Assembly: GCF_006345805.1 (NCBI RefSeq)
Contig: NC_042998.1
Span: 112,964,002-113,028,000 of the forward strand
Direction: 5' to 3'
DNA from: Octopus sinensis
Taxonomy: Eukaryota
Length of the DNA stretch: 63,999 bases
A program made the translations under genes and the position numbers. The notes under the pieces are model-generated. The model saw only the letters and a program-made list of their open reading frames with translations. It ran no database searches and was not told the DNA's origin. Of this stretch, positions 12,980 through 24,879 are shown one piece after another. The first letter of the stretch is position 1; each line of letters opens with the position of its first letter.

Positions 12980-15230
12980 AGACAGGCAGGAGGAACCAAA
13001 AGTGATAAAAATTATCAATCTAACTCATAGTGAACTAACAGCAAACCAAATCAATATACTCTCTAAAGGACTCAAGTTTACACCCACCCCACAACACCCC
13101 AACCACAATGAAATGAAAGAAGACATCGCAGAATTCTGTAGAAAATTACGACTTGCTGAGGAGCTATACGACAAACTCAACGAGGTCGAATCATTGGTTC
13201 GAAATAGAAGTAACTATACCCCCTCAAAAGGTAAGAACAAAACTCTTGATCATTTCTGTGAACACATCTCGAATTACCCATATCAACATATGCACAAACA
13301 AAAACACAAACCAAACTTCAGCAAAAAAGAATGGGCTGAACTGAACAAATTAAAACAAGACAAAGCAATAACAATCAAAGAAGCCGATAAAGGGAGTGCA
13401 GTTGTCTTAATGGACACGGTATTTTATCTAACTTTAATACTATCCATATTGGAAGACACAACATATTATGAAAAGGCCCAACACTACAGTCAGCAGAGAA
13501 TAACGAGATAGCTAAAATCTATGTTAAACCTATACAAAGAAGGGCTTACCGATGAAGAATATGACTTCATGACCAATTTCAAAAGTAAAACCAGCCAATT
13601 CTACGGTATTCCCAAGATACACAAAAGTGAGAAAATAAGTAACACATGCAAGATAGCCACATACATAATAATTAAAATCCCTACTCCTAATGTCCTCAAA
13701 TTGAGACCTATAATAGCAGGTCCCACATGCGAAACCCACCACCTCAGTAACTTTTTAGATACCCTCTTAAAACCATTCCTCAAGCATGTCAAAAGCTATA
13801 TAAGGGACAACCTGAATATGCTCAATTATCTTCTAGGTGTTTGAACAATAAACAAAAACACCCTACTAGTATCCTTCGATGTAGTCAACCTCTATTCCAA
13901 TATCCCCTACAACCTAGGAATAGAGGCAATTCAATTTTGGCTAGAGAATTACGCCAACGAACTCCCACATCACATCAAAAAAGAATTCATGATAGAAGGG
14001 CTAAAATTCATCCTGGAAAATAACTACTTCGCCTTCAAAAACAACTTCTACTGACAAAAATCAGGGACTGCGGTGGGTACGCAAATGGCCCCCTCCTTTG
14101 CTAACCTAGTCATGGGATATCTAGAAATTAGACTTTATCGTAAGGTTCTAGAAAGATACAGCAGCCCATTCTCCCTCTACATAGAAAATACCTGGAAGAG
14201 ATACCTAGATGACTGTTTCATTCTTTGGCATGAAAGTATAGAGAAACTTAAAGAATTCCAAGCACCTTTTAAATGGACTTGACGTAAACATTCAATTCAC
14301 GATGGAATATAGCCAGCAACAACTTTCCTTCCTCAACGTCCTCATTAAGAAATCTAACAATGTAATAGAAACAGATATATACTATAGATTCCAAGCAATA
14401 TCTACCATTCAACTCATACCACCCCAGAATGAATATCCCCTTCAACTTAGCAAAAAGGATATGTACTATAGTTTCTAATGCAAACACTAGAGACACATGA
14501 CTACATGAACTAAAGGATACACTCATCACCAGGAACTATCCACCTTCACTAATTGACATATGCTTTCAACGTGCCCTTCTACTCAACATCCAGGAACTCA
14601 GACATCCCAAATTAAAGAAACATTTACAACCAAAAGCCCTACCATACATCTCCACACACAACACTCTCAACAATGAAACTTTCGACACCATCCTCCAAAA
14701 CATACCCCTACTAAAAAAGGACCACAGAATGAACTTAATCCTCCAAACACACACCATCATAAAAAGCAAGAGACAGCCCAAATCTATGAAACGTCTCCTA
14801 ACACAAGCCCGAATACGCTTAACAACACAGAAGCCGTCAGTAAAAAAATGCGGAAGACCCAACTGTGGGATATGCAACTATTTAATTGAGGGATCAGAGT
14901 TCTTCAAACAGGGACAACGTTTCACGGTGATAAACAACTTCACGTGCTTTGGAGAACCTGATATATGCACTAACCTGCTCTGGGTGTTTAGAGCAATACA
15001 TAGGCCAAACAAAAAGCAGTCTACATAAAAGAATGGCTCTGCACAGATCCCAGATCAAAATTCCCCAAAACAGAAAAATAGCATTCAGCCAACACACAGA
15101 CATTTGCGCCAATAACAAAAATTCAAGATTCAGAATTTTTCCCTCTACCAATTCAGGGACAATACAACATGGAGCCAACGAATTAGTAAAGAGACTCTCT
15201 TTATTACAAAATACAGACCCCTTTTGAACG
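12980..15230 (+). mobile_element. Penelope-like retroelement (RT + GIY-YIG), frameshifted
   Basis: LSKGLKFTP, IKEADKGSAVV, FYGIPKIHK, LRPII, SFDVVNLY, GTQMAPSFANL, RYLDDCF, CGRPNCGIC and NLIYALTC...YIGQT across ORFs 13002-15227. Confidence 0.95.
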
Positions 15231-15692
15231 CATCTACGACAAGTGATATATTCACCATGACCTTAGAATAACACAAATACACACGCAAATATTAAAAATG
15301 ACACACTCAAGAGATTCCCAAGAATTCATTAAAAATAAGTCCCAATCACTGCTATAATCCATAAGGTGCCAATTTTAAGTCATTTGAACATTTATCACCT
15401 CACTACATTCCTTCTTATTCTCCCTTCTCTTTCTTTGTCTCCTTCCATAACTTTACCACTATTGCTGTTTAGAATCAGTGGGTCAGGGTATTTTCGGGGC
15501 AGCTGACCATTCAACATACTACACTCCCACATTCTTCATCTTCTTCTTCCCTATCAAGAATTCACAACGACCTCGAACCTACAAGAGAGACAGAAACAAG
15601 GAAAATGCCACTTGTGTTTGAACACTATACAAATATTCTTTAAAAAAAACTTTACTTTTAATTTTTCCAAATTTAATTGTTTTCCATGCTTA

Positions 15693-15728
15693 CAGTTGAA
15701 AAAGTCTCAATGACTGAAACTGGTACTG
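15693..15728 (+). ncRNA. Minimal type I hammerhead ribozyme motif (variant core) downstream of Penelope ORF
   Basis: cag-TTGAAAA-agtc(tcaat)gact-GAAA-ctgg-TA-ctg: perfect stems I and II. Core has U3/A8 in place of C3/G8. Confidence 0.65.
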
Positions 15729-15894
15729 AAATGTTTTTTTATAAAATTATATATATAGAGAGATGTACTTGCATAGCAAGTGACCTGATCTGAGATCGTG
15801 TGCTGGAACGAAAACAATTGCAGCATGGTAGGTGTTTATAAGCCATGTAAGAAACACACAAAAATCGTTAGATTCACTTCAACATTTAAATTTA

Positions 15895-15949
15895 ATTTGT
15901 CAAAATATTTTCGTCGCTTTGAAACTGCGACCTGTTCACGGACAAAATT
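15895..15949 (-). ncRNA. Hammerhead-like motif with G3/C8 core
   Basis: Minus strand reads tttgtcc-GTGAACA-g-gtcgc(agtttcaaa)gcgac-GAAA-atat-TT-tgacaaa. Confidence 0.5.
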
Positions 15950-16036
15950 CCGTGCTGCATTTATATATATAAATTTTAGCATTTTCTATCTTGACCTTTT
16001 TTTTTTCCCCATATATATATATGTTTGTGTGTGTGT

Positions 16037-16208
16037 GGTACTATTTAAGAAGAGTGGTCCCGGTGCGCACACTCGCGCTAGCTAGTCGTGACTAGTCGAT
16101 CCTACAACGACTACCTAGCAAAGTAAATAAAACACAAAATAAGGATCCACTAGTCACGACTAGCTAGCGCGAGTACGCGCACCGGGACCACTCTTCTTAA
16201 ATAGTACC
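16037..16208. repeat. Long palindrome: 67-bp arms, 38-nt loop
   Basis: 16037-16103 is the near-perfect reverse complement of 16142-16208, embedded between TG and TA microsatellites. Confidence 0.95.
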
Positions 16209-16222
16209 TCTATATATATATG

Positions 16223-16982
16223 CAGGTAGGGCAAAATGAGTAAGATTTACTACCTTTTTTACTGAGAAAAATGTTTTAGAAATGTGCACTGCCTAACAAA
16301 AAATTTATCAGCTAAACAAATGACTTTCTCGAAAAACATCGTAACATATTCAAAACATTATTTTAGAAAATTATCACCGTTCTGTGACAAACTTAGCTGG
16401 GGTAAAATGAGTAAGACACGATACGGTAAATTTGCTTCAGAATTTCACTGTAAAAAGACTCACACAAATCAGTATCCATTCTTGGACATCAGAAGTGCAG
16501 CAAAAATTAAAATATCTAGGTTTAATGGAAAATGGCACATGATTTGAAATTAACAAAACCCGACTGAACCTAAAAGCTCAACGTGAAATGTTCCGCGACC
16601 TGCTTGCGGTCTCTTTTTGATGTATTTATTACGTACCATACTGTTGAAGAGAAGAAATTATGGGAATTAGTCATTACTTATTTTGCTTCAATTTAAACTT
16701 TTTTAAAATGAAAATTGTCAAATTAAAGATTAGTGTAGGAAAAAAATGACTTTGAATCCAATAGAGAAAAAGAATATTGACTGTTAAACATAAAAAATTA
16801 TTCAGATATATTAACATCAATCACAATCGGGTCAAAGTTTGAGGAAACATTTCTTGAAAAAAAAATGTACTTGTCATCTGATGTTTCAAATTCTCTCAAT
16901 TTCACTTCCAAAGATGATACAATATAAAATGATAATGTAATGGTTTCAAACGAGAAATCAAATTACTTGTTTTGCCCCACTA
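16223..16982. mobile_element. Non-autonomous Tc1/mariner-superfamily element
   Basis: Imperfect TIRs caggtagggcaaaatgagtaa / ttacttgttttgccccacta, an internal copy ggggtaaaatgagtaag, TA-rich flanks and no ORF. Confidence 0.6.
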
Positions 16983-17113
16983 TATACACCGTCTCGCACG
17001 CACATCTGTATATATGTGTGTGTGTGTATGTATATATATATATATATAAATACGGCAGTGTCCTAACATGATCAAAAACTTTAAAAAGAGATAAAAGATT
17101 TACACATACGTAT

Positions 17114-17160
<47 letters not shown>

Positions 17161-17170
17161 TCCCTCATAT

Positions 17171-18226
17171 TCACACACTTGTCCTTTTCTTTATTTTATA
17201 CGTTTGTTTGCAGTCTGCTTGGAATTTCACTATCCGAGGGTTAAATACAGTTCTAGAGTCGCGTAAAATTTCAAAAACATCTATTTCCTTTGACAAATAA
17301 ACCAGACTTTTAAAAACCTTCAGAAACAAAGACCTGGGATATGCGTTCCAGTATATTTGAAACTGTTCACGTCTTTCTTGGTCTGGCTCGAACATGTCAA
17401 GTAGTGTCGCTTCAAATTCCTTCTTTTCCAAGTCAGTTTCTGCTATCTTCCACAAAAGCTTTTCAGTATGAACCTCGCTTTCTTCAACAACAACAAAATC
17501 CTTGCACAAGTCATTATTATTATACACGAACTTTTTGTAAGTTTCTGCTGATGGTAAATATTGGAAAGCAAACTTAATAGGGGCATTGTTTAATATGTCA
17601 GTGATAACTGACATATCCAGGCCAACTTCGCTCGTTTTTCTGTACTGTTGAAGCGAACAGAAATTTCCAAGATAATCGAAGTAACGTTCAGGAGTTTGTT
17701 TCTTTTCCCATCCGAAAAGTTGCTCTTGGTGCTGATCCATCCACGTTCTCTCGATGTTATCCAATTCGTTGTAATCACCAATTTCCGTTTGTGACCATTC
17801 TTCAAACTCCTCCTTAATTTTCTCAGCAATTTGAGTCTTAGCTATGTTGAAAAATATTTCTATCAACGTGTAGACTGTCTTTTCGTCTCCATTATGTCTC
17901 GTAATAATGAAATTTACGAAAAGAGTTAGAGCCATTTTTGATATATTTAAATAGTGTTCTCTTTCTAAATCCCAAAGTATATCGGAATCATAAAACATAT
18001 TAACTCCAAGTTTCACAACGTCTTCCAGGTTATTGAAGTGTTCCGAAAGATCTCTCAAGCGTTTTTCTGTAAAGAATGCAAGTGAAGTAAAATCTTTTGG
18101 TAAATTTATACCTTTATTTTGATTCCAGTATTGTCCTCCTAAGTTTTCTAAACTCCTTGGATTTTTCTTCCAAAACAGTTTTCGAAATCTGTCCATTGTG
18201 ACGATCTCTCGATTGTGACCCGACAT
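17171..18226 (-). CDS. Intronless 351-aa hypothetical protein; aa ~51-140 resemble a death-fold domain
   Basis: Uninterrupted ATG-to-stop ORF of ordinary globular composition in stop-rich AT DNA. The helical pattern FTEKRLRDLSEHF..DVVKLGVNM..DILWDL...ISKMALTLF...TVYTLIEIF..IAKTQIAEKI fits the death-domain consensus by eye. Confidence 0.7.
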   Translation of the reverse strand: MSGHNREIVTMDRFRKLFWKKNPRSLENLGGQYWNQNKGINLPKDFTSLAFFTEKRLRDLSEHFNNLEDVVKLGVNMFYDSDILWDLEREHYLNISKMALTLFVNFIITRHNGDEKTVYTLIEIFFNIAKTQIAEKIKEEFEEWSQTEIGDYNELDNIERTWMDQHQEQLFGWEKKQTPERYFDYLGNFCSLQQYRKTSEVGLDMSVITDILNNAPIKFAFQYLPSAETYKKFVYNNNDLCKDFVVVEESEVHTEKLLWKIAETDLEKKEFEATLLDMFEPDQERREQFQIYWNAYPRSLFLKVFKSLVYLSKEIDVFEILRDSRTVFNPRIVKFQADCKQTYKIKKRTSV

Positions 18227-18399
18227 GATTAACTTTGCAAATTTGTTAGTTGTAATTTGCTGAGATAACGAAGAAATTCGAATAACTTTGGGATAAATTT
18301 AAGTTATATTAAACATAAGTTTCCTTACGAATGCGGAAGTAAAATTGATGGTTGCAAAAGCGCCGAGCCTCAGGAAAAAATGCTTTATTTACATTTACA

Positions 18400-18660
18400 C
18401 TGTGAGTAGGAATCCTACCGAGGTAAACTCTCCTTTTATCCGTTTTGAGGGTCAATAAAATAAAAGATCAGTCTCGTACTGTGGTCGATTTGGCAAGCTG
18501 GAAGAGTTCTTAACGTCGGTAAAATATTTAAGCGGTTCAAATACCACGGAAGTCAACTTTGCATTTTATTCTTTCGGAGTCAGTAACATACTTGAGTTGT
18601 TTTAATTAACTAACCTGAAAAACTGCAGACCTTGTACTAAAATTTTAAACAACTAATATA
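18400..18660 (+). mobile_element. Two decayed SINE fragments (Nin-type core)
   Basis: ccgaggtaaactctccttttatcc and ggaagtcaactttgcattttattctttcggagtc resemble the SINE core at 60360-60415. Confidence 0.55.
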
Positions 18661-19104
18661 ATGAAAAACAACGAAAAAAAAAAACTTTTACGGTATTTAC
18701 TTGCAGTAGTGGGAGCAGCAGCAAGTTTAGCAGTTTAAAAAGTTATGACAGCCGTAGTTGTAGGGTGAAGATTGAGTTATGTCCCCTGAATCAGACACTT
18801 CAAACGTTTTTTTTTACTCCTGCCTCAACATTATTGCTTTATCTGACAGCAAAATGACCGTGAAACAGAAACGGAATAAATATCATAAAGCTTCTATTCA
18901 AAGGCACCTATGTGTCGTATATTTTCGTCAATCTTTTTATCATTACGTCGAGATACAATCGCCGAATCCAATCTACAGTGGCACAGCGAAAATTTACTAG
19001 GTATTCCAATATTTTTCCCTGAAATTCTTATTTGAGTAGATGTACACACTTCAGTGTATGCATCGACGGCATACTCAGACACATACATAAATCATATACA
19101 TGCA

Positions 19105-19335
19105 TACATAGATACATTACATCCCAACCAGAAGGGTATACTTTCGCTATCCAGGAACAGGAGTTAGCTACTAAATACCTGATAAATAAGAGGGACAAAG
19201 ATAGCACCTTTATAAACAAGGAATATTCGTGGAACACCAATAAAATCATGAATTCGGTGCAAACGTAACAGACCTGATATTATTCTGTGGGACAAGGATT
19301 AAAAAGTTATGCACTATTGTAGAGGTCACCTGGGG
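19105..19335 (+). mobile_element. RLE-type (R4/Dong-like) LINE C-terminal fragment
   Basis: EGYTFAIQEQELATKYL followed by RPDIILWD...CTIVEV (PD-(D/E)xK endonuclease motif). Confidence 0.65.
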
Positions 19336-20481
19336 TGATAGATGTAAAACAAAATAATAGGTTAATTAGGTTCGAGTTTTATTTGTGAACTGCAGTTGTT
19401 TTGAATTTACTGCAGAAAGTGGTCTCCATCTGTGATGGGGAAGGACGCTAGGAATGTGGCCTGTGTGCCAAGGGGGTGGGTAACCTGAAAAAGTTTGGGA
19501 ACTACTGCACTAGATGGTACTTCCTCCTCACTATTCAATGGTGAACCCTTAGATTTACTGCAGTTTAGCAATATTACAAATTAGTACCCACCCTAAATAT
19601 TCTGAAGCCTAACCCTCCCCCTAGACACCAAAGTCTGGTTGACGATATCTCAGTGATGCTATTTATATTTCCAATATATGGAGCGATTTACCTACAAGCA
19701 GAGAAAAACACCAACATTGCTTCTTTATGGGTGATCTGAATATATCTGCTAAGAATACAGGGATGAAGTTTGGCAAAGTTAAATCTTTTTATATTGTCAG
19801 ATTAAAAGGAATATTAGAGGGCTGAATCCAGCATAACGTGCTATACAGACGAAGACCCCTTCGAGAAACGAGAACGCAGTCACACCGCTACAAAAAGCGC
19901 GGCATAGAAATAGAGGTTGAAGAAAAAGACCACAGACTACGACATCACATGTTAGAGAAATGCAAGCCTTACTCTTAACAGCAGTAGCAGATGTAAATTG
20001 TGCTTTAAGGACAAGAGACGGATACTTAAGAAATCTCATGTCTGGGATGTATTTTTTTTTTTTGCCAAATCAGATATGTTTACGCTTTATTTACATTAGA
20101 AGTAGAACGTCAAATACTGATATTTAGCTGCTGCAGAAAAGTCGATCCAACTTCTGCTCCCTCCTTCCTTCCTTCCTTCACGCATTCATTACTTCCTTCT
20201 ATCCTAAGCGCCATCTGCTTTTCTTTCGTTCTTTTTTCTTTTCTTCAAGCCCCTCCTCTTTCGTTTGTTCCTTTACCCTTTCCGTCTCTTATTCTTTTTT
20301 ATACATTACTCTCACTCCTCCTCTCTTTTCTTTTCCATTTGACTCTACTTTTTCTCCGTCCCTCTACATTTATAACTTTTCATTTGTTTACTTTCTTTTA
20401 AGGTGAACATTTGGGTTACGATTTTATCCTTGTTTACTTTCTGAGAGATTTTCATTCAACTTTTATTACAGCGACCGGATC

Positions 20482-21145
20482 GGATCTTTTCGGTTTGAAC
20501 GGCAGTTTTTTCTAGCGGCGTCATATGAAATTGTCACCCATAATTATGACCCTAGTATCGATCTATTGCATTTCAATCTGTTTTAGGGTTAGGGGTGGGG
20601 TGAAGGGTATCTTTTTTTCTTCACAAATGTAAATAAACCCAATCTGTTTCTTAAACGAGGGACATATTCATACGGCACAGAATGTTTTTTACCTCAATAC
20701 ACGTCATTGATTGGTTGAAATTGCAGAAATTGGAAAAAAGCAACAAACATCTTACAAACTATAGAATTTTCTCAATAAAGCCAAGAGAAAAAGATGTTTT
20801 ATAGACACATTCTACCAGTATACGAAGTTTAAAAGGGTTAGGGTTAGGGGTGGACGAAGGGTATCTTTTTTCTTCACAAATGTAAATAAACCCAATCTGT
20901 TTCTTAAAGGAGGGACATATTCATTATGCACAGAATGTTATTTACCTAAATGGAGGTAATTGATTGGTTAAAATTGCCGAAATACAAGAAATTTTAGACG
21001 AAATATGTTACAACCTATAGAATTTTCTCAATAAAGCCAAGAGAAAATGATGTTTTATAAACACATTCTACCAGTATACGAAGTTTAAAATTTTTTAGTT
21101 ACCTAGAAATTATGTTACAAACTGCCGTTCAAAAGGAAAAGATCT
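20482..21145 (+). mobile_element. GGATC-ended MITE with internal tandem duplication and TTAGGG motifs
   Basis: TIRs ggatcttttcggtttgaacggcagttt / aaactgccgttcaaaaggaaaagatc. The internal ~255-bp block occurs twice (20585-20835, 20835-21090). Confidence 0.85.
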
Positions 21146-21590
21146 GGAGTTGCTAGAAGTAACAGTCAAAATATTGTTTAAAATAGACATTAGTTTTAAA
21201 ATTTCAAGAACGATAGTTTGCAATACACTCTAGGATTTTATAAAATAAATCTTTCTCGTATCTCCTTCTCCACATAAATTCACAAATATAAGAGTCAACC
21301 ATGCCCAGATACTTTCAATTTGTCAAGTGTGAGTCTCATCCGTTATGCAAACGAACAGTTATAGAACAAGTGGTGGTTACACTCCTTGTACGCATGCGCA
21401 GCATCTTTGGTAACTATAGAAACTAAGTTCTTCGCAATCACCTATGGAACACGTGGTGCTTCTTTGCTTCGGTTACTAAAGAGAAAGATTTCTTTGCCAC
21501 GGTGATGCCTAAAATACTTCTGATTGGTTAAAATACCCAAATTGTAAAAGCTAATAACTTTTTAATTATAGGTTTATAGGGAAAATAAAT

Positions 21591-21998
21591 GGATCTTTTC
21601 GGTTTGAGCGGCAGTTTTTAAAAATAATTTCCACGTAACTAAACACTTTTAAACTTCGTATACTGGTAGAATGTGTTTATAAAACATCTTTTTCTCTTGG
21701 CTTTATTTAGAAAATTCTATAGTTTGTAAGATATTTGTTTTGTTTTTTTCTGCAATTTCAACCAATCAATGACGTCTTTTGAGGTGAAAACATTCTGTGC
21801 CGTATGAATATGTCCCTCGTTTAAGAAACAGATTGGGTTTATTTACATTTCTGAAGAAAAAAAGATACCCTTCCCCCATCCCTAACCCTAACTCTAAAGC
21901 AGATTGAAATGCAATAGATCGATACGAGGGTCATGATTATGGGTGACAATTTCATATGACACCGCTAGAAAAAACTGCCGTTCAAACCGAAAAGATCC
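21591..21998 (-). mobile_element. Complete 408-bp MITE of the same family, opposite orientation, 7-bp TSD AATAAAT
   Basis: 29-bp TIRs ggatcttttcggtttgagcggcagttttt / aaaaactgccgttcaaaccgaaaagatcc; aataaat at 21584-21590 and 21999-22005; internal ccctaaccctaactctaa. Confidence 0.92.
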
Positions 21999-22199
21999 AA
22001 TAAATTTCATTTTCATAATTAGTATACAAATCTTATTCCATATACCAAATTTAAAAGCAGTTGGAGCAAAATCGTAAACAGTGACGAAAACCACAAAGAT
22101 CCCAAGTCACAAAAACTTTTCGTATGATTATACACCTAAATCAGAATTGGGGGGAAAAAAAGTTAACTGTGTAAAAATCATCACTAAATAGCCAGCGGA

Positions 22200-23010
22200 C
22201 ACTTTTGACAACATTCAGTAAGGAAGTTGATGCAACAACTGAAGCCAATTTTGTTATGTCATGGAATATTGTTCATGCTAAACACCCATATTCTGATGGC
22301 GAATTTGTTAAGAAGAATATAATTGAATTTATTGCTGTGTTAGATCCAAATAACACAAGACTTCAGTGACTAATAGCATAAACACCAGTTTCACGCCACA
22401 CTACAGAGAGGCATATTTCTCATATCAGTGCTGATGTTGCAGGCAAAATGCAAAACGATTTTTAAAATTTTCTTACATTCAGTTCTCTTGGCGAATTAAC
22501 AGACATACAAGACAACCCACAACTGACAGTATTTATTCATTATGTTTCCTCTGATGTAACTGTGAAAGAAGAGATGTTGGACTTTGTGGCATTAAAAGAA
22601 ACAACTCATGGTGTTGACATTAAAAATGCGCTAGATAAAACCATAACAAATGCTGATGTTCGACTGAATAAACTCGTCAGTGTTGCAACAGATGGAACCC
22701 CTGCAATGGGAGGGAAAAAATTAAGATTAATAGCACTTAATGATCCCAGATTTCCAGAGTTTCTCCCTGTTCATTACATTATTCATCGCGAACACCTGGC
22801 AGCCAGATACTTCAAGTATGAAGATGTTATGAAATCTGTCCTTGAAATTGTCAATTTCATACGCTTAAATGAGAAGACTCGCCGATAGGTCAGAAATTTT
22901 ATTGAAGAACTGGATCTTGAAGATAAACCTAGTGGTGTCTCTTTCTACTGCATTGTTAGGTGGCTGTCAACCAGCAATGTCTTGAGAAGGTTTGTTAATC
23001 TGTTGGAGCC
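22200..23010 (+). mobile_element. hAT (Buster/Charlie/SPIN-like) transposase pseudogene fragment
   Basis: PYSDGEFVK, TD.QD.PQL, EEMLDF, ATDGTPAMG, VHxIIHREHL and RWLS motifs, interrupted by stops. Confidence 0.85.
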
Positions 23011-23019
23011 AAGTGCATC

Positions 23020-24400
23020 AACTACTATTGGTATCAAGTCTATTCTCCTCATTGACCACAACCTTCATATTTCCCACTTCAAATCATCATAGTTGTTTAT
23101 TTTTTTCTCATTGATCCATTTGTCACCAGGGCATGCTATGTGGATTATCATGCACGTTCTTTTTTATTCACTGCAACAACGTCTGGTCAGGTGACCCCTC
23201 TGAATCATTGCATCTCACAGGATTTTGCAATTCTCATTCTCGGTGACTCCTTCAGGGGTTACTCATACCACGTCTTTTGCTCTTTGTAGGCTGTAGTTTC
23301 TTCAGAGCTCCCAATGGATCTTTCTTGCCACATTGTTCTGGCGTCTTTTGTATTCGCGTTTTGCCAATTTCGGGCATTTGCTAACAATGTGCCATACTGT
23401 TTCACCCCTCTCACCACACATTCTGCATTTGTCGCTGTCGGTGGTGTTGTCTATTCTGCACTTCACATAATTGGTCCTTAACGCTTGTTCCTGAGCTGTG
23501 CATATGAGTGCTTCTATCTCTATCTTCAGGTCACTCCTCCTCATCCATAGCCACTGGTTTTCTGTATCTGTCTTGGCGTTCACGTCTCTTGTAAATGGAC
23601 CGTACATTTTTCTCCTTCCATGCTATTTCTTGTGTGTGTGTGTTCATTTCTTTAAACTTTTCTTTCATTACAAATTCTCAGTTTTGATGACACCAGACTT
23701 TTTGTATGTTTCAACAATGTCTCCACGACATTTTTTATATACCACCCTATGCTGTTTTCCTTTGCTTCGATATAGTCCTGGCAACTGACAAAACTTCTCC
23801 CACCCTTTCTTCTTGACAAAAACAGTTTATCGGTGTCACTCTTAGGTTGGAAGGCTCCGTGTACTGTCAACATTTTCCTTGTCTTTGTATCCAGCTTCAT
23901 CACTTCTCTCTTTGGCCATTTTATAATTCCTACTTCATACTGAAGTGATGCTATCGCCCATGTATTAACTGCTTGGATTTTGCTTCATCCGGTCAATTTT
24001 GAGCGCAACACCAACCTCAGTCTTTGGAAATATTCCATCCTCAGTTGTTTCATTTCTTTCCCCATTATCTCGTTGAAATGTAGTACACCTGTATTTGTAG
24101 CCTTCCGTTTCAATTTGTTTAATCAATTCTCTATTCGGTAATTCTATCCCTGCTAGGGACTGTACTTTTCCTCTTTTTAGATAGATTATTCCGCACTTCT
24201 TGAGTCCAACTTCCATTCTAATATCAGGACTAAAACAGTGGACTGCATTCAACAAGGAACTCATTTGTGTCACATCTTTGCCAAACAGTTTCAAATCATC
24301 CATGAAGTGGAGGTGGTTGATTGTTTGGAATTTTCCCTGTAGTTGGTATCCCAGGTTCATTTTCCTAAGTACCAAGGTCAAGGGTATCATGCAGAGAGCA
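23020..24400 (-). mobile_element. R4/Dong-like RLE LINE fragment (RT C-term + CCHC + endonuclease)
   Basis: NHLHFMDDLKLF, CRMCGERGETVWHIVSKC and AQEQALRTNY. Confidence 0.88.
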
Positions 24401-24519
24401 AAAAAAAAACGACGGAGATAATGGAATATTATTATTATCATTATCCTTTTCTCGTTATCACAGGTTTTACTGGAGCTCCTGGAGTCTTGCATGCATAGCG
24501 GGCTTGCTACGTGCAACCT

Positions 24520-24812
24520 ACAGTACCATACTATTCACTCTTTTCAGCTATCTAATACTTCCCTGATGATTCTGGCCATGCCAAGGAAGCAAGCCTTTTG
24601 TAACAGTTCTACTGGGCATGATTTCAATTTCTTTTATATTCCTCTTGATGCCTTCTGATACTCTTCCCAAGGACCCAACAATAATTGGTACCATCTTCAC
24701 CTTCATTTTCCATAGCTTGGGTATTTCGTATTTAAGAGGGTTGTATCTATCTATCTCTTCGCCCTCTTTCTTGACTATTCATGGGTTAAAGGGGCATTCA
24801 ACATCAACTATA
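24520..24812 (-). mobile_element. R4/Dong-like LINE 3' end fragment
   Basis: Minus strand gives IVDVECP and VPIIVGSLG, typical of the RLE C-terminus, flanked by (ATT)n tracts. Confidence 0.65.
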
Positions 24813-24879
24813 TCATTATTATTATTATTATTATTTCACATACGCACAACAGATTAGACTGCTGGAATAGAAAATTTCC

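Noticed and set aside
14040-14510. In-frame TGA codons in the Penelope ORF as possible selenocysteine recoding (Naiad-type)
   Set aside because: The TGAs (~14052, ~14498) are not at Cys-motif positions and fit CGA-to-TGA decay. The element also has TAG stops and frameshifts, and its Cys motifs use normal codons.
22562-22888. Domesticated GTF2IRD2/EPM2AIP1/ZBED-like gene
   Set aside because: Multiple stops and truncation; a dead hAT transposase.
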